Shown: positions 37,661 through 51,907, counted from the first letter of the whole stretch. The stretch is DNA of 63,570 nt, filler included, from Octopus bimaculoides (GCF_001194135.2; 6 parts of 5 records of this genome joined end to end with filler, not necessarily neighbours in it), one strand, 5' to 3'. Translations and numbers: made by a program. Notes: a model not told the origin generated them from the letters alone.

Positions 37661-38442
37661 GCTTTGGGGAGAAGCCAACTTTTGTATTACTTACGCAACA
37701 ATTACTGTCTATCTGACGATCTAAGGATCTATCGATCTGTCTGTCTGTCTGTCAGACTATCTATCTATCTATCTATATATATATANNNNNNNNNNNNNNN
37801 NNNNNNNNNNNNNNNNNNNNNNNNNNNNNNNNNNNNNNNNNNNNNNNNNNNNNNNNNNNNNNNNNNNNNNNNNNNNNNNNNNNNNNNNNNNNNNNNNNNN
37901 NNNNNNNNNNNNNNNNNNNNNNNNNNNNNNNNNNNNNNNNNNNNNNNNNNNNNNNNNNNNNNNNNNNNNNNNNNNNNNNNNNNNNNNNNNNNNNNNNNNN
38001 NNNNNNNNNNNNNNNNNNNNNNNNNNNNNNNNNNNNNNNNNNNNNNNNNNNNNNNNNNNNNNNNNNNNNNNNNNNNNNNNNNNNNNNNNNNNNNNNNNNN
38101 NNNNNNNNNNNNNNNNNNNNNNNNNNNNNNNNNNNNNNNNNNNNNNNNNNNNNNNNNNNNNNNNNNNNNNNNNNNNNNNNNNNNNNNNNNNNNNNNNNNN
38201 NNNNNNNNNNNNNNNNNNNNNNNNNNNNNNNNNNNNNNNNNNNNNNNNNNNNNNNNNNNNNNNNNNNNNNNNNNNNNNNNNNNNNNNNNNNNNNNNNNNN
38301 NNNNNNNNNNNNNNNNNNNNNNNNNNNNNNNNNNNNNNNNNNNNNNNNNNNNNNNNNNNNNNNNNNNNNNNNNNNNNNNNNNNNNNNNNNNNNNNNNNNN
38401 NNNNNNNNNNNNNNNNNNNNNNNNNNNNNNNNNNNNNNNNNN

Positions 38443-38507
<65 letters not shown>

Positions 38508-39402
38508 ATGCATGTACAATTCTTTGTATTTCAAATATGAAAGCAGTATATTAATTGTATCTGAAGGAAAAACGAGATACGTAGAAAAAAAATGTGTAAT
38601 TCAGTCAATAACAATAAACTATAATACATTGTAATTGTGTGTGTGTGCGTGCGTGTGTGTGTAAATATATATATATTTCTATATATATTATATGTAAGTA
38701 TATATGTAAAACAATATACANNNNNNNNNNNNNNNNNNNNNNNNNNNNNNNNNNNNNNNNNNNNTTAATTAATTAANNNNNNNNNNNNNNNNNNNNNNNN
38801 NNNNNNNNNNNNNNNNNNNNATATATATATATATACACACACATGTAGCTAATGATTACAAATCTGACCAATGCAGTACATGTGCAAAAATGTATCGAAA
38901 CAATTGTTGTGATTTTAAATTATGTTCATTGAATTTTCTCTCATTTATCTCCCTCCTCCTTTCTATTTGTCGGTCTGTGTGTGTCTCTCTCTCTCTTCCT
39001 CACTATATACATATATACATGTGTGTATGTATATATGCGTGCGTGTGTGTGTGTATGTGTGTGTGTGTGTGTGTGTGTGTCTGTGTGTGTGTGTTTGTGC
39101 GTGCGTTCTCTGTACGCCTGTGTGAGTGTGTGTTCATGTCCAGGAGTGAACACTCCAGGTTGTATATTTTATGATTGTAGGATTTTAAGCTTAAGTAATA
39201 TATTCACGGACAACTGTAGCTAGCCCCATCAGCCAGTAATTACCAAAATATAACTGGTATGAACAACCTGCCTAAGAGAACTCAGTAAAGGGACATCCCC
39301 TTTTTATGCATGTACCTGATGTGACACAAACTGCACAGATTGATGCAACACACTACCCTACCAGGCACACAAACACGCACATACATACATACAAAAACAG
39401 AT

Positions 39403-39435
<33 letters not shown>

Positions 39436-40306
39436 CGTATATAGATAGACAGATAGAGGAGACATACACTCATGTGTGTGTGTGTGCGTGCGTGTATGTG
39501 TGTGTTTCATAAAGGCAGCAAAGCCTTTATCGTCCACGATGAATGCAACGACACTGAAGCGAAATCTTTTCCATATTCTGAAGGTCTGAAAACTTCATTC
39601 TTCGAAACAAACAGCGAAACTCTTACACAATATCAACAGCAAAAAAAAAGATCAGATATATGATAGATAAATCTGGAATATAGACCTGTAAATACAGACC
39701 ACATAAATATAGACCACGAAAATACACATACACATGCACACGTGCATACATACTTACATTTATAATTGTATATACATATATACTAGAGCTAAACCAAGGT
39801 TTAAATTAAATCCTATAATATATAACCAGTATTTAGAATTCCATGGACATCTTTATACATCAAAAGAGAAAGCCGAAAAGAGAACTTGAGTATTACAATT
39901 CAAGCTTCTTTTCATTGATTTCCAGAGTTAGAAAGTTTACAGAGTACATAGAGGATCATTAAAACAGGAGATTCGGGTCATAACTTGTTTGATCATGTCA
40001 TTTATACGTGTTTCGGGGAAAACAATGGTCGAATTATGCAATCCGGAACATATAAGTTTTCTATGACTCACTTCCTCAGAGATCTATATCAAATTGAAGA
40101 TAACTCACTAATTGATTAAACGCCCCTCCTCTAGTCTCTTTAAGGCTTGGGTCGGCTCAAGGCTATGAGAAACCGTCGGTAAAAAGAAAGTTAACCAAGA
40201 TGCTACGCAGAAGGATCGCACCCGAGACAGCCTTATTTCAAAATCAAGTTCTTAACCACTTGATCAATCACACATACACACGTTCGCTTCGGCACACACA
40301 CTCACA

Positions 40307-40373
<67 letters not shown>

Positions 40374-42884
40374 TCTCTCTCTCTCTCTCTCTCCCTCCTC
40401 TCTCTCTCTCTCTCTCTTTCGTTCTTTCATAGTGTTTCTTGTTCTCTCGTTCTCTCTTATGCTCCCACTCTCTCCACCACCCTCTCTCTTACTCTCTCCA
40501 TCCCCTCTCCCATCTCTCTTTGTAACTATCCACCACCACTAACAACAACAACAATAACAACACCATCATCATAACCACCTCTGACCACTAATAGCCATGT
40601 AATCCATTAATTTAGCAACACATTAACATTGGTCTCCACCCACATCTGACCATCTCTGTCTACTGGAGTCCAGTTTCCTCCATCGGAAACATCCACACTT
40701 TCTCTCTTTTTCTTTAGTCTAGAATTACTGACCAAATAGCACGACACGGTCACACGACTCAGTAAAAAGATAGCAGCTAAATCTCATTGAAACCACACTC
40801 TAAGAAAAATGTCGCGGTCCTTTGTTCCTTGCACACGGGTTAAAAGGCAATATTCATGGTTGGTATATATTTTAATCATAGTACAGCGGTCTTGCTGATA
40901 GTGAAACCTGTAGATCAATGGACTGAGAGGATCTTGGTCAATAAGAATTGCAGTGCGCTAAGCAGCATCACCTCCACCACCACTACCACCACTGCTATCA
41001 GCAACAATAACAACAGTTATCCCTTTTACTATATCAAAGATGTCACTGCACCCTCCTCTTACTGATGTACACTGTCTTCATCCATTAATGTCTAGTTTTC
41101 ACTAACATCAGGACCACTATATCTATTCTTTATCAAAGCCACTAGAGTATATTATTTTCTGGTTGGCGCTGTAAAACCACTACAACTAGCCCCATTCCGT
41201 TCTATTAATACCATCAGTGTCCATTAATGTCCACTTAAATAGCAGTAAAGTGTCAAACTGTTAACCCTACCTATTCAGTAATTATGTGGTCTTCGAAAGA
41301 AGGGTTATTAATTTTTTTCTCCACATTGAGACTACTTCAATCACTTACTTGACCAGCGCTGTGGTCTAATCTCCAACAACTATTTATTACACAATGAGGG
41401 AGTCACAATAGAGTCACTTGGCCATCTTGAAATAGCAACCAAACTTTCCTCATACCGCCTTAAAAAATAGGAAGGGTACATTTGGTAATATTATAGTACA
41501 GCGTCATCGGGTTTGCCTGGGGTTAAACAACAACGACAACAAGATTGACATTCACCTAGAGCCTTGTCCACTCCATGTTGGTCTCCAGATTATGAAAAAC
41601 CAATACCTTAATTCCTTAATTAACTGTAAAACCACCACCATTATCCCAACCAGCTCATTTCAATTAAAAGCTCACCGCCACACCGTCGCCCCCCCCCCCA
41701 TCTTATCAGTCGTTGTCAAGTTAAATCTAGCCGCTCTTTTATTAATGACGACACCACACCAATGTTATCTTTTAACTGCCACTATTACCACCGCACCACC
41801 NNNNNNNNNNNNNNNNNNNNNNNNNNNNNNNNNNNNNNNNNNNNNNNNNNNNNNNNNNNNNNNNNNNNNNNNNNNNNNNNNNNNNNNNNNNNNNNNNNNN
41901 NNNNNNNNNNNNNNNNNNNNNNNNNNNNNNNNNNNNNNNNNNNNNNNNNNNNNNNNNNNNNNNNNNNNNNNNNNNNNNNNNNNNNNNNNNNNNNNNNNNN
42001 NNNNNNNNNNNNNNNNNNNNNNNNNNNNNNNNNNNNNNNNNNNNNNNNNNNNNNNNNNNNNNNNNNNNNNNNNNNNNNNNNNNNNNNNNNNNNNNNNNNN
42101 NNNNNNNNNNNNNNNNNNNNNNNNNNNNNNNNNNNNNNNNNNNNNNNNNNNNNNNNNNNNNNNNNNNNNNNNNNNNNNNNNNNNNNNNNNNNNNNNNNNN
42201 NNNNNNNNNNNNNNNNNNNNNNNNNNNNNNNNNNNNNNNNNNNNNNNNNNNNNNNNNNNNNNNNNNNNNNNNNNNNNNNNNNNNNNNNNNNNNNNNNNNN
42301 NNNNNNNNNNNNNNNNNNNNNNNNNNNNNNNNNNNNNNNNNNNNNNNNNNNNNNNNNNNNNNNNNNNNNNNNNNNNNNNNNNNNNNNNNNNNNNNNNNNN
42401 NNNNNNNNNNNNNNNNNNNNNNNNNNNNNNNNNNNNNNNNNNNNNNNNNNNNNNNNNNNNNNNNNNNNNNNNNNNNNNNNNNNNNNNNNNNNNNNNNNNN
42501 NNNNNNNNNNNNNNNNNNNNNNNNNNNNNNNNNNNNNNNNNNNNNNNNNNNNNNNNNNNNNNNNNNNNNNNNNNNNNNNNNNNNNNNNNNNNNNNNNNNN
42601 NNNNNNNNNNNNNNNNNNNNNNNNNNNNNNNNNNNNNNNNNNNNNNNNNNNNNNNNNNNGAGAGAGAGAGAAATAGAGAGAGAGAAATAGAGAGAGAGAA
42701 ATAGAGAGAGAGAAATAGAGAGAGAGAAATAGAGAGAGAGAAATAGAGAGAGAGAGGGAGAGAGAGAGAAATAGAGAGATAGAGAGGGAGAGAGAGAGAA
42801 AGAGAGAGAGAGACACATGCACACGCATGCACACGCATAGACACACATACACACTCAAGCATACTTACTCACGCGCACGCGTAC

Positions 42885-42915
<31 letters not shown>

Positions 42916-43861
42916 TGCGCAGGCACTCGAACGCACGCATACACATTCACGAGTAATTCCTTCCTGGACAAGGATCCTTGAACTGACAAATTCTCTTTTT
43001 AAAATGTAGGTTGTATGTATATTATTTAGTTCAGGTGCACGTGTGTGTGTATACAAGGATATGTCTGTATGTTTGTGTGTGTGTGTGTGTGTGTGTGTGC
43101 ATATATGCGCGCGCGTGCGTATGTGTATATGTGTGGTGAAATCAGTTTGCTTTTATCTTTATTGACTTTATTTAAAGGCAATGATATGGTGGAGATCAGT
43201 ATGTGTGGGTTTGTGAGGGAGAGCGTGTTGCTCGGTGGAGTGTGTAAAAATAAATATCTGATTTTCTGATTGAAAAAAAAAAAGTTGGATAATTTTAATT
43301 TGCCAGTCAGTGGGGTAGTGTGCGGCCGAGTGGAGTGGATGTATGGCAACTGAACTGACATAAGTGTTTGTTTGTGAAAATGAAATTCACTGGTGCATGA
43401 AAATTCTTTCTCTAAAGATCAAGGTAGCGGTCTAGTAGGTGAATAATTTTTTGGATGATTGATTGTGGAGACAATAGCAATGTCGAGGAAGAGAATTTGA
43501 TGGGTTGGGAGCAAATTAATTAGTTTAGGCGACGTGGGTGGGGCTAAGAGTGGTACTGCGTGTTCTGGGACTGAGAATCATGTGTTTTTAGAACGGGAGT
43601 TGAAAGATGTAATAAAATGATACTATTTTTGCTTGACTAGTGGGTCGGAAGGGCCATTAAAGGAATATGCATATATGTACAGGGCTGGGAAAATGTACAG
43701 CGGCCGAGACCTGCATATATACACACACACACACATATATANNNNNNNNNNNNNNNNNNNNNNNNNNNNNNNNNNNNNNNNNNNNNNNNNNNNNNNNNNN
43801 NNNNNNNNNNNNNNNNNNNNNNNNNNNNNNNNNNNNNNNNNNNNNNNNNNNNNTATATATA

Positions 43862-44225
43862 TACTAGCTGGGCCCCGTGCTGTCAAAAATGACGGCTAAT
43901 TGTAGTATTTTATATATAAATAAGGTACAAAACCAATTCCTTTATTACTAAATTTTTTGTGAAAAATCTATCCGCAACTAACATCCTTGTTTCCAGTTTG
44001 TTTCCTTCTCTTTCGACGTAGGACCTCATAAAGGTGGCACTGGCTAAGTACGGGAGCTGGCAAGTGAATACCAAATACACAGAGTTGAAACGCTGTTTGA
44101 TTTATTTTTTCAGCGTACAGTTTCTATCATCCCACTACCAAATATGACATCACCCCTTCCTTCTTTATTCATCTATTACCCCTTCCTTACTCATTCATAA
44201 ACACAAGAGTATTATTATAGTAGAT
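43862..44225 (+). mobile_element. Possible Helitron/Helentron-type non-autonomous element
   Basis: Begins tactagctgggccccg and ends tattattatagtagat, termini reminiscent of short rolling-circle elements; motif resemblance only. Confidence 0.35.
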
Positions 44226-44518
44226 TATCTTGGTAACCTTGGAAGCTATGAAAAAATACGAAGCCCACCAACACCACCGGATCATTCTACACATCTGTGT
44301 AATTTTTCTCGCAATTCCACCCAGCCGCTTGACCGTGAATCCCAAGAAAGAAAATATACAAGAAAGACTCACCCATGTCAAATTTATATGTATAGATATA
44401 TATATATGAGTGATAAAAATGGGTTTATAGCGGTTATGACTGCTATTTCTAAATATATAAGGGTTTTGTAATCCTCTTAGGTATAACAGTGACTTGTTCA
44501 TAATTCTAAACATTCTTC

Positions 44519-44558
<40 letters not shown>

Positions 44559-44660
44559 ACATATATGTGTGTGTTTACATATATGTGTGTGTTTACATAT
44601 ATGTGTGTATATGTGTGTGCACATACATATATCATTATTTGTTTTTCTCATAGACTGTGA

Positions 44661-45764
44661 AGATCTGTTCAGTTTGGTTCACAGATTTTTATAATTTTTT
44701 AAAACTATAATGGTGGAATGTCTCACGCAGAACTCGATTTACATTTTGACAAAATTCGGTATTTTAGAAGTTATTTTGTGTTAAAGTTGTCATATTTGGG
44801 TAATTTCAACCAATCAACGACGTGTATTCGGTTGAAGAAAGCTATTGTTGTTTGCCATAGTAATCGAAGAGGAACGACTTCTAAGTCATCTCTACTAAAT
44901 GTCACCACTCTGTTCTATTTTATTGATTGTTTACTGCCTGTGTTGCATATTACACGCTTTTTTACGGGTAGGGGGATTCTCGCGTCGGAATAACCAGTAA
45001 ACATCAAAGAATCAAAACCAAGAAGGAAGAAATATTACTTACATATACTTATTCGTTTGCCCAACATCAGTGTTTTATCCGCACATAAAGTGCACCGCTG
45101 TTTAAAAGACCTATAGAGCAACAAGTTCGCAGCTAGCATTTTTGTTGTTGACGTAAATGTTGTTTTAAAATTACTTATTTTACAACTATGAGATGCATTG
45201 TTATTGTCATGATTTTATCTTACTGTAATCAACAACAAACACATTTCGTCAATATAAAAGTCTTTATTGGATTAAAAATAACATTATCAAAACATGAGGG
45301 TGAAACAAAACACATAGCGGCTTATGCACCGGAAACTATGGTAATTGTAGTGGCAGTGACAAGTTTACTCTCTGGTTGCTAGTTGATTGTGCAGAAGGGA
45401 GGGAAAGGGTATGGAGTGCACGGTGCTGACTAGAAAGGAAGGCAGGATAAAGGTGGCATCATCTTCACTCGACATACGATTGAAGCAGAGTGGCGACATT
45501 TAGTAGAAGTGAACCGGAAGTTGTTCCTCTTCGATTACTATCGCAATCAACAGTCGCTTTCATCAACCGAATACACGCCGTTGATTAGTTGAAATTACCC
45601 AAATACGACATTAACACGAAATGACTTCTAAAATACCAAATTTTGTCAAAAATGTTCGAAGTAAATCGTGTTCCGCATAAGACATTCCACCAGTATACGA
45701 AGTTTCAAACTGTTTAGTCTTAAAAAATTAATTAAAAAATCTGTGAGACAAACTGAACAGATCC
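44661..45764. mobile_element. Non-autonomous DNA element with long TIRs (MULE/Foldback-like)
   Basis: Arms 44661-44915 and 45482-45764 are clearly inverse; flanks gactgtga / gactgtgg (7 of 8) look like a TSD; no transposase. Confidence 0.75.
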
Positions 45765-46290
45765 GACTGTGGGATGCTTGGACACCAGCTTGAGAAACTT
45801 TTAGTCGAATGAATAGACCTCAATCCCTTTTCTTTTTTCTTTTTAAGCCTATCACTTATTCTACAGGCCTCTTTTGCCGAACCGCTAAGTTATGGGTTTT
45901 TAAACGCTCCAACGCCCGTTGTCGTGCAGCGTTTGTGTATTAGTGAGAAGCAGGCCGCAAGTGACATGCCTCATTAAAGGTAACTTTTCGTTTAAATGTA
46001 CCATTCATAAAGTGGTGCGGGTCGCAGTTTGCCGATGACTGATTTCAACAAAAATCATTGCCATTTTTAAGATTACTAGAATCCCCCTTGAAACCCTCCA
46101 TTCTAAACCCACTGAACAGCCACAACTCCCACATCAACCTCTCTGGCATGTAAAGTTTGTGTTGGGCAATACGGTTATGGGAGTCAATAAATTTAAAGTT
46201 TCCAAAAATGCAAATTTATAAATACAATGGCTGTCATAAGCCGGTCGCACAAATTTACCTCTACCTTCCATTGTCCACAACATTGTACTG

Positions 46291-46567
46291 CAGTTCTATA
46301 TGGCATATGGCGTAGTGGTTAAGAGCGCGGGCTACTAACCCCAAGGTTCCGAGTTCGATTCACGGCAGCGACCTGATTAATAATAGTAATAATAATAATA
46401 ATAATAATAATATAATAATAATAATAGTAACATCGTTAGAAATGAGAACCCAGGTTCGAAATTTCCCCAAGACACCTGACGAAGGCTGGAGGGTATATCA
46501 GCCGAAACGTTGTGTTAACAACAAACAAGATGAGGACAAATATCCGTCAAATGTAAATAATGTAAAT
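46291..46567 (+). mobile_element. tRNA-derived SINE carrying a hammerhead
   Basis: Box A tggcgtagtgg 46308-18; box B gagttcgattc 46351-61; internal (AAT)n; hammerhead; (TGTAAATAA)2 tail; 12-bp direct repeat aacattgtactg at 46279-90 and 46568-79. Confidence 0.75.
46471..46516 (+). ncRNA. Minimal Penelope-type hammerhead ribozyme motif inside a SINE
   Basis: GACAC-CUGACGA-A-GGCUG(loop)CAGCC-GAAA-CGU-U-GUGUU; helix III reduced to the ACGU palindrome, as in dimer-acting PLE hammerheads. Confidence 0.72.
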
Positions 46568-46920
46568 AACATTGTACTGATACATACAACTATTTACCAC
46601 TAGATACCGATATATATTGATATACACCACTAGATGCTACTATTTACTGCCATGGTTTTCTGAAGATGGCTATTAACAAATACACNNNNNNNNNNNNNNN
46701 NNNNNNNNNNNNNNNNNNNNNNNNNNNNNNNNNNNNNNNNNNNNNNNNNNNNNNNNNNNNNNNNNNNNNNNNNNNNNNNNNNNNNNNNNNNNNNNNNNNN
46801 NNNNNNNNNNNNNNNNNNNNNNNNNNNNNNNNNNNNNNNNNNNNNNNNNNNNNNNNNNNNNNNNNNNNNNNNNNNNNNNNNNNNNNNNNNNNNNNNNNNN
46901 NNNNNNNNNNNNNNNNNNNN

Positions 46921-46959
<39 letters not shown>

Positions 46960-47279
46960 TGTATGCATGTATACCCACATATATGTACATACATCTACAT
47001 GTGTATATAGATGCATATCAGTGGGGAGATGGGTCCCTTCTCGCTCTGCTTCCTTCTGTTGTCCTGACTTCTACTTCACTGCTATCTATCTATCTATTTT
47101 TCTCTATCTATCTACCTATCTATCCCTCTATCTATCTACCTATCTATCCCTCTATCTATCTACCTATCTATCCCTCTATCTATCTACCTATCTATCTGTC
47201 CTCTTACCCATCTCCCCCTCTCGCTCTGCTTCCTTCTGTTGTCCTGGCTTCTACTTCACTGCTATACACATCTCTCTCT

Positions 47280-47720
47280 TCCTCCTTGTTCCACTTCTTC
47301 CCTCTACCATCCTCTCTGCTCACGTGTGACCTGTGGTCAACTCTCTCTTTTCACTCCAGCCACCATGAAGGCGAGACGAACTGTCTTTTCTCCGGCCAGC
47401 TTCGTCCTATCACTAGCGTTCAATACCAGATTCGCGTTTGGCCCCACGGCTTTTTAATGTTGTTTTCACAGTCCATTTTTTCCTGTCTTGGTTTGTGTTT
47501 GCCACCTTGAAATCCTCTGTTTAGTGGGTCGATCCACTACTCAAGAAGAGACTATTCTAGAGTACGTTCTGCCATATCTTCGAAACGTCTAGTTAGAATA
47601 GAGGCAGCTGACGAAGGATTAATTCCAAGAGGCTATCTGTTTTCCTATGTGTTTTTTCCGTTGTCTGTAGTTCATTTTTCTAACGCCGTGTACCCTGATA
47701 TGCATCTATATACACATGTA
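47280..47720 (+). mobile_element. Penelope-like 3' fragment with decayed hammerhead (47536-47593); tail relatives at about 4110-4245, 24765-24920, 29540-29663
   Basis: Peptide ...HEGETNCLFSGQLRPITSVQYQIR resembles a GIY-YIG C-terminus; ACUA-CUCAAGA...GAAACGUC-UAGU; shared tail gcagctgaNgaa...gtaccc.gatatgcatctatata. Confidence 0.45.
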
Positions 47721-47898
47721 GATATAAGTACGTACATATATGTGGGTATACATGCATACATATTCTTTGTATTATTATATCATCGAACGCTACGCGTCCA
47801 ATTGCAAGTAAGTTTTGACTTATATATATATATATATATATATATATNNNNNNNNNNNNNNNNNNNNNNNNNNNNNNNNNNNNNNNNNNNNNNNNNNN

Positions 47899-47934
<36 letters not shown>

Positions 47935-47973
47935 GTGTGTGTGTGTATGTATGTATGTATATATGTATGTATG

Positions 47974-48025
<52 letters not shown>

Positions 48026-48679
48026 TATATAATTATATATATAGTGTTGGTCTTAAAATTTGGCAGAAGGCCGGCAGTTTCGTGGGAGATGGTAAGTCGA
48101 TCACATCGACCCCAGTGTTCAACTAGTACTTATTTTATCGACTACGGAAGGATGAAAGGGGCAAAGTCGGCCTCACCGGAATTTGAGCTCACAATCTAAA
48201 TTCTGTGCTAACGATTCTGCCAATTCGCTGCCCTAGTAAGCACGGTTTCTAACAATAATAATATATTATATTATATTATATTATATTATATTATATTATA
48301 TTATATTATATTATATTATATTATATTATGTTATATTATGAATTCCTTATAACATTCATATTATTGTTAATATTGATATTTGTGTTCATGAAATGTAACA
48401 CCCATGTTGTATTGAAACGATTCTACCAACAGAACTAAAAATAATACCATAAATTCCAATCTTGTTTAATACACCCATACTAAGTGCGACATACAATTCC
48501 CGGTCTATAATTAGACCAGGTATTTGAACTAATATAATAGTTTTCTTCTTAAAGTGCATCACATTTTAGAGAACCATCTTGGTTTCAAATAACGCCGAGA
48601 TAACTTTCGTGAAATACTGAAGCCGATATAATCAACTAACCTCCTACACTCAGAACTGTAGGTCTTGTGCCCAAATAAA

Positions 48680-49870
48680 AAAAAATCATCATCATGAAGT
48701 CGGTAAGCTGGGAGAATCGTTAAAGCGTCGGATAAGGAATGAGATGCTCCGAACAGTGTAGTACTTGTAAAACAGTGGATTAACGGTACTGACCCAACCC
48801 ATCCATGAAAATGTCAACCTTATTCCTAGATTAGAAACCACACCCATACACGCACACATATTGACTCCCATCAACATAATTTATAGACGCGATGATTTAG
48901 ATTGTAGTGAGTTTCCACCACAAATTATAGATCAGGACAAGGTATAAGGTGTGTCTTGCGTCTTGAGGCGGTATTTGTAGGTCACGAGGGAAGTAGATTC
49001 TTTGGAAGCCCAATTTGAGAAAGAATTGAGCTCTGCAAGACAATATCACTTGAAATCGACCATGCATCCACTGTAGACCCTAGCCTGTTGGAATATGGAG
49101 TTGTGACTACATTTATACACAACATGTGACTACATTTATAACGTAAGCAATTGGCATTCAGAGAAAAACTTTGTGGAACTCATCAGTTAGAGGTTTTCCT
49201 GCATCTGGTAGATTGGGACACCCTAAATATCCAATTGTGGTCTACATTGTCGTTCATCGTATTAGTAGAAATCGGAGTATTAGCATTACCGTTGCTAATA
49301 TGGGAGGGTTTGCAAATTTAGAGAATTCCGGAGCCGAAGCAATTTGCACTTTGAGAATCTGCACTTCAAAGGTCGACAGCAAAGCGTACAACTTATATGT
49401 ATGATTGAATGATGTATCAGGGGTAGGATGCTAGACAAACAAGTGTAGGTTTAAAGCATCTCTAGGATATCAGAATCAGAGAGATGATGTCTCGAAATCA
49501 CTTCACCGTAGTTGCTAGTCCTATTGATGCTACTTTGAGGTGTGTTAATGGTGTCGAGGCAATTTCTAAGGTAAAGGCTGAGGTCGTTCAGGATTACAGT
49601 TTTACCATTAACACGGTTAAGGTGGAAGACCGATGGGTAGTTCACTGGTACCGAATAATCGACGAGTTCCCGCCTATTAGAAGTGGCTACTATAGACCTC
49701 AGGTTAGGAGTGGTGGCGCACGAAATTTTTATCAAAGATATTAAAATTTGGGTATTACTTATGCAGGGATAGAGAATTTCCGTTGAGTAGTTTAAAGAAG
49801 GGCTTAGGTATAGAATTAACTTGAAGCTAGAACGGAGGTAACAATCCATAGGATATCAAGTTTTCTACCT
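48680..49870 (-). mobile_element. Old non-LTR retroelement remnant (possibly L1/Tx1-like)
   Basis: Non-microsatellite stretch with stop-broken frames such as PDAGKPLTDEFHKVF; clade uncertain. Confidence 0.3.
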
Positions 49871-50039
49871 CTACATAGAGTCATAAAGACCATAATACCG
49901 TGCGTGCGGCTACGCTGGTTAGCCAGAGCACATCGAAATGTATTCCGCCCCAGAGTTGGCGCAAACTGCGCCTCTCTCACCCTCTTTCTATGTACACATA
50001 TACATATGCATGTGTTTATGAGTGCTTGTGTATACATAT

Positions 50040-50092
<53 letters not shown>

Positions 50093-50423
50093 CATATATA
50101 TAATATATTATGCATATATGTTTGTAAATTTATGCAAATTTATGCAAAATAATGGTGCACATTATATACAGTGTAAAATACGCATTACTTGGATGCATTT
50201 GCATGTAAAATAAATATCGGAACGTAAACTTTTTTATGACTACCTACAAAGGTATGTGTGAGCGCTCATATGAGAGAGTATGTATGCGTTTGTGTACATA
50301 TGTTTACACATATTTTTACACATAAACATACATGTGCGCAAATGTATAAATGTACGTACCTAGATATGCATGTATATATATGCATGTACGTACCTAGATT
50401 TGCATGGATATATACATATATAC

Positions 50424-50464
<41 letters not shown>

Positions 50465-50824
50465 TGCAGATACATACACATTGGCACACATATATTGTGG
50501 TTCCTATATGTATAAAGACGCGGATAGATATATAAACTCATACACACTTGCTCGTGCGCACGCACACATACACACACACACACGCATACATATATATAAT
50601 ATCCCTTGGGTAAAATGGTTAAGTAATGGAAAACCGAATTTAAACAATGTTTTATAAGCGAAAAGCTGTGTTTTATGATGGTTTTTTTGCAAATATTGCA
50701 TAACTTAGCTTCGATAGATTGGTGAAGTTTTGAAAATGCATATTCTATATTAGTTTCTCTCTGCGAGTAGACAAGTTCTTGTATTTACATATTCGCTTGG
50801 AACTAGCGTTGTGTGTGTGTGTGT

Positions 50825-50874
<50 letters not shown>

Positions 50875-51006
50875 GTGTTGGAAGAGTATGGTGTGTAGCG
50901 TGTAGGTCGATGTAGATTAATAGATAGGTAGATATAAGTAGTTATACGGATATATTGATATAGATAACTGATACATAGATATATAGAGAGATATATCAAT
51001 ATATAT

Positions 51007-51040
<34 letters not shown>

Positions 51041-51050
51041 NNNNNNNNNN

Positions 51051-51095
<45 letters not shown>

Positions 51096-51466
51096 ACTGA
51101 TATATACACATCTATGCACATACACATATTTGCACGCACACACATTAATCGATTCGAATTTAACCATTGTGGTATAAAGAAATCTACAAAGAAAAGAAAA
51201 GAACTGAATGTAAAAATTAATGCTTATTTTGCTGTTAGTATTGAAAAACTACCTTCAAAGTGATCGTTCCAAAAATGCGACAGGACTTTCTTTCCAGCCT
51301 AATGGATACAAGATATACAGAGATATAACTATGAAGATATGCTGACATAGCTGAACTGATATACATATAGATACATAGCTTTGTATATAGATATATAGAT
51401 ACATAGATATAGATATATATGTAGATATAAACAGATATACGAATACACTCACACACACATTATATG

Positions 51467-51508
<42 letters not shown>

Positions 51509-51601
51509 GAGGAAGAGACAGACAGGCAGACATACAGACAGAGACAGAGACGGAGAGACAAACAGGTATGTGTAGTGTGTATACACACACACACGTACAT
51601 A

Positions 51602-51699
<98 letters not shown>

Positions 51700-51860
51700 N
51701 NNNNNNNNNNNNNNNNNNNNNNNNNNNNNNNNNNNNNNNNNNNNNNNNNNNNNNNNNNNNNNNNNNNNNNNNNNNNNNNNNNNNNNNNNNNNNNNNNNNN
51801 NNNNNNNNNNNNNNNNNNNNNNNNNNNNNNNNNNNNNNNNNNNNNNNNNNNNNNNNNNNN

Positions 51861-51907
<47 letters not shown>

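Noticed and set aside
46302-46372. tRNA gene
   Set aside because: Boxes A and B are present but the acceptor and anticodon stems are poor; it is a SINE head.
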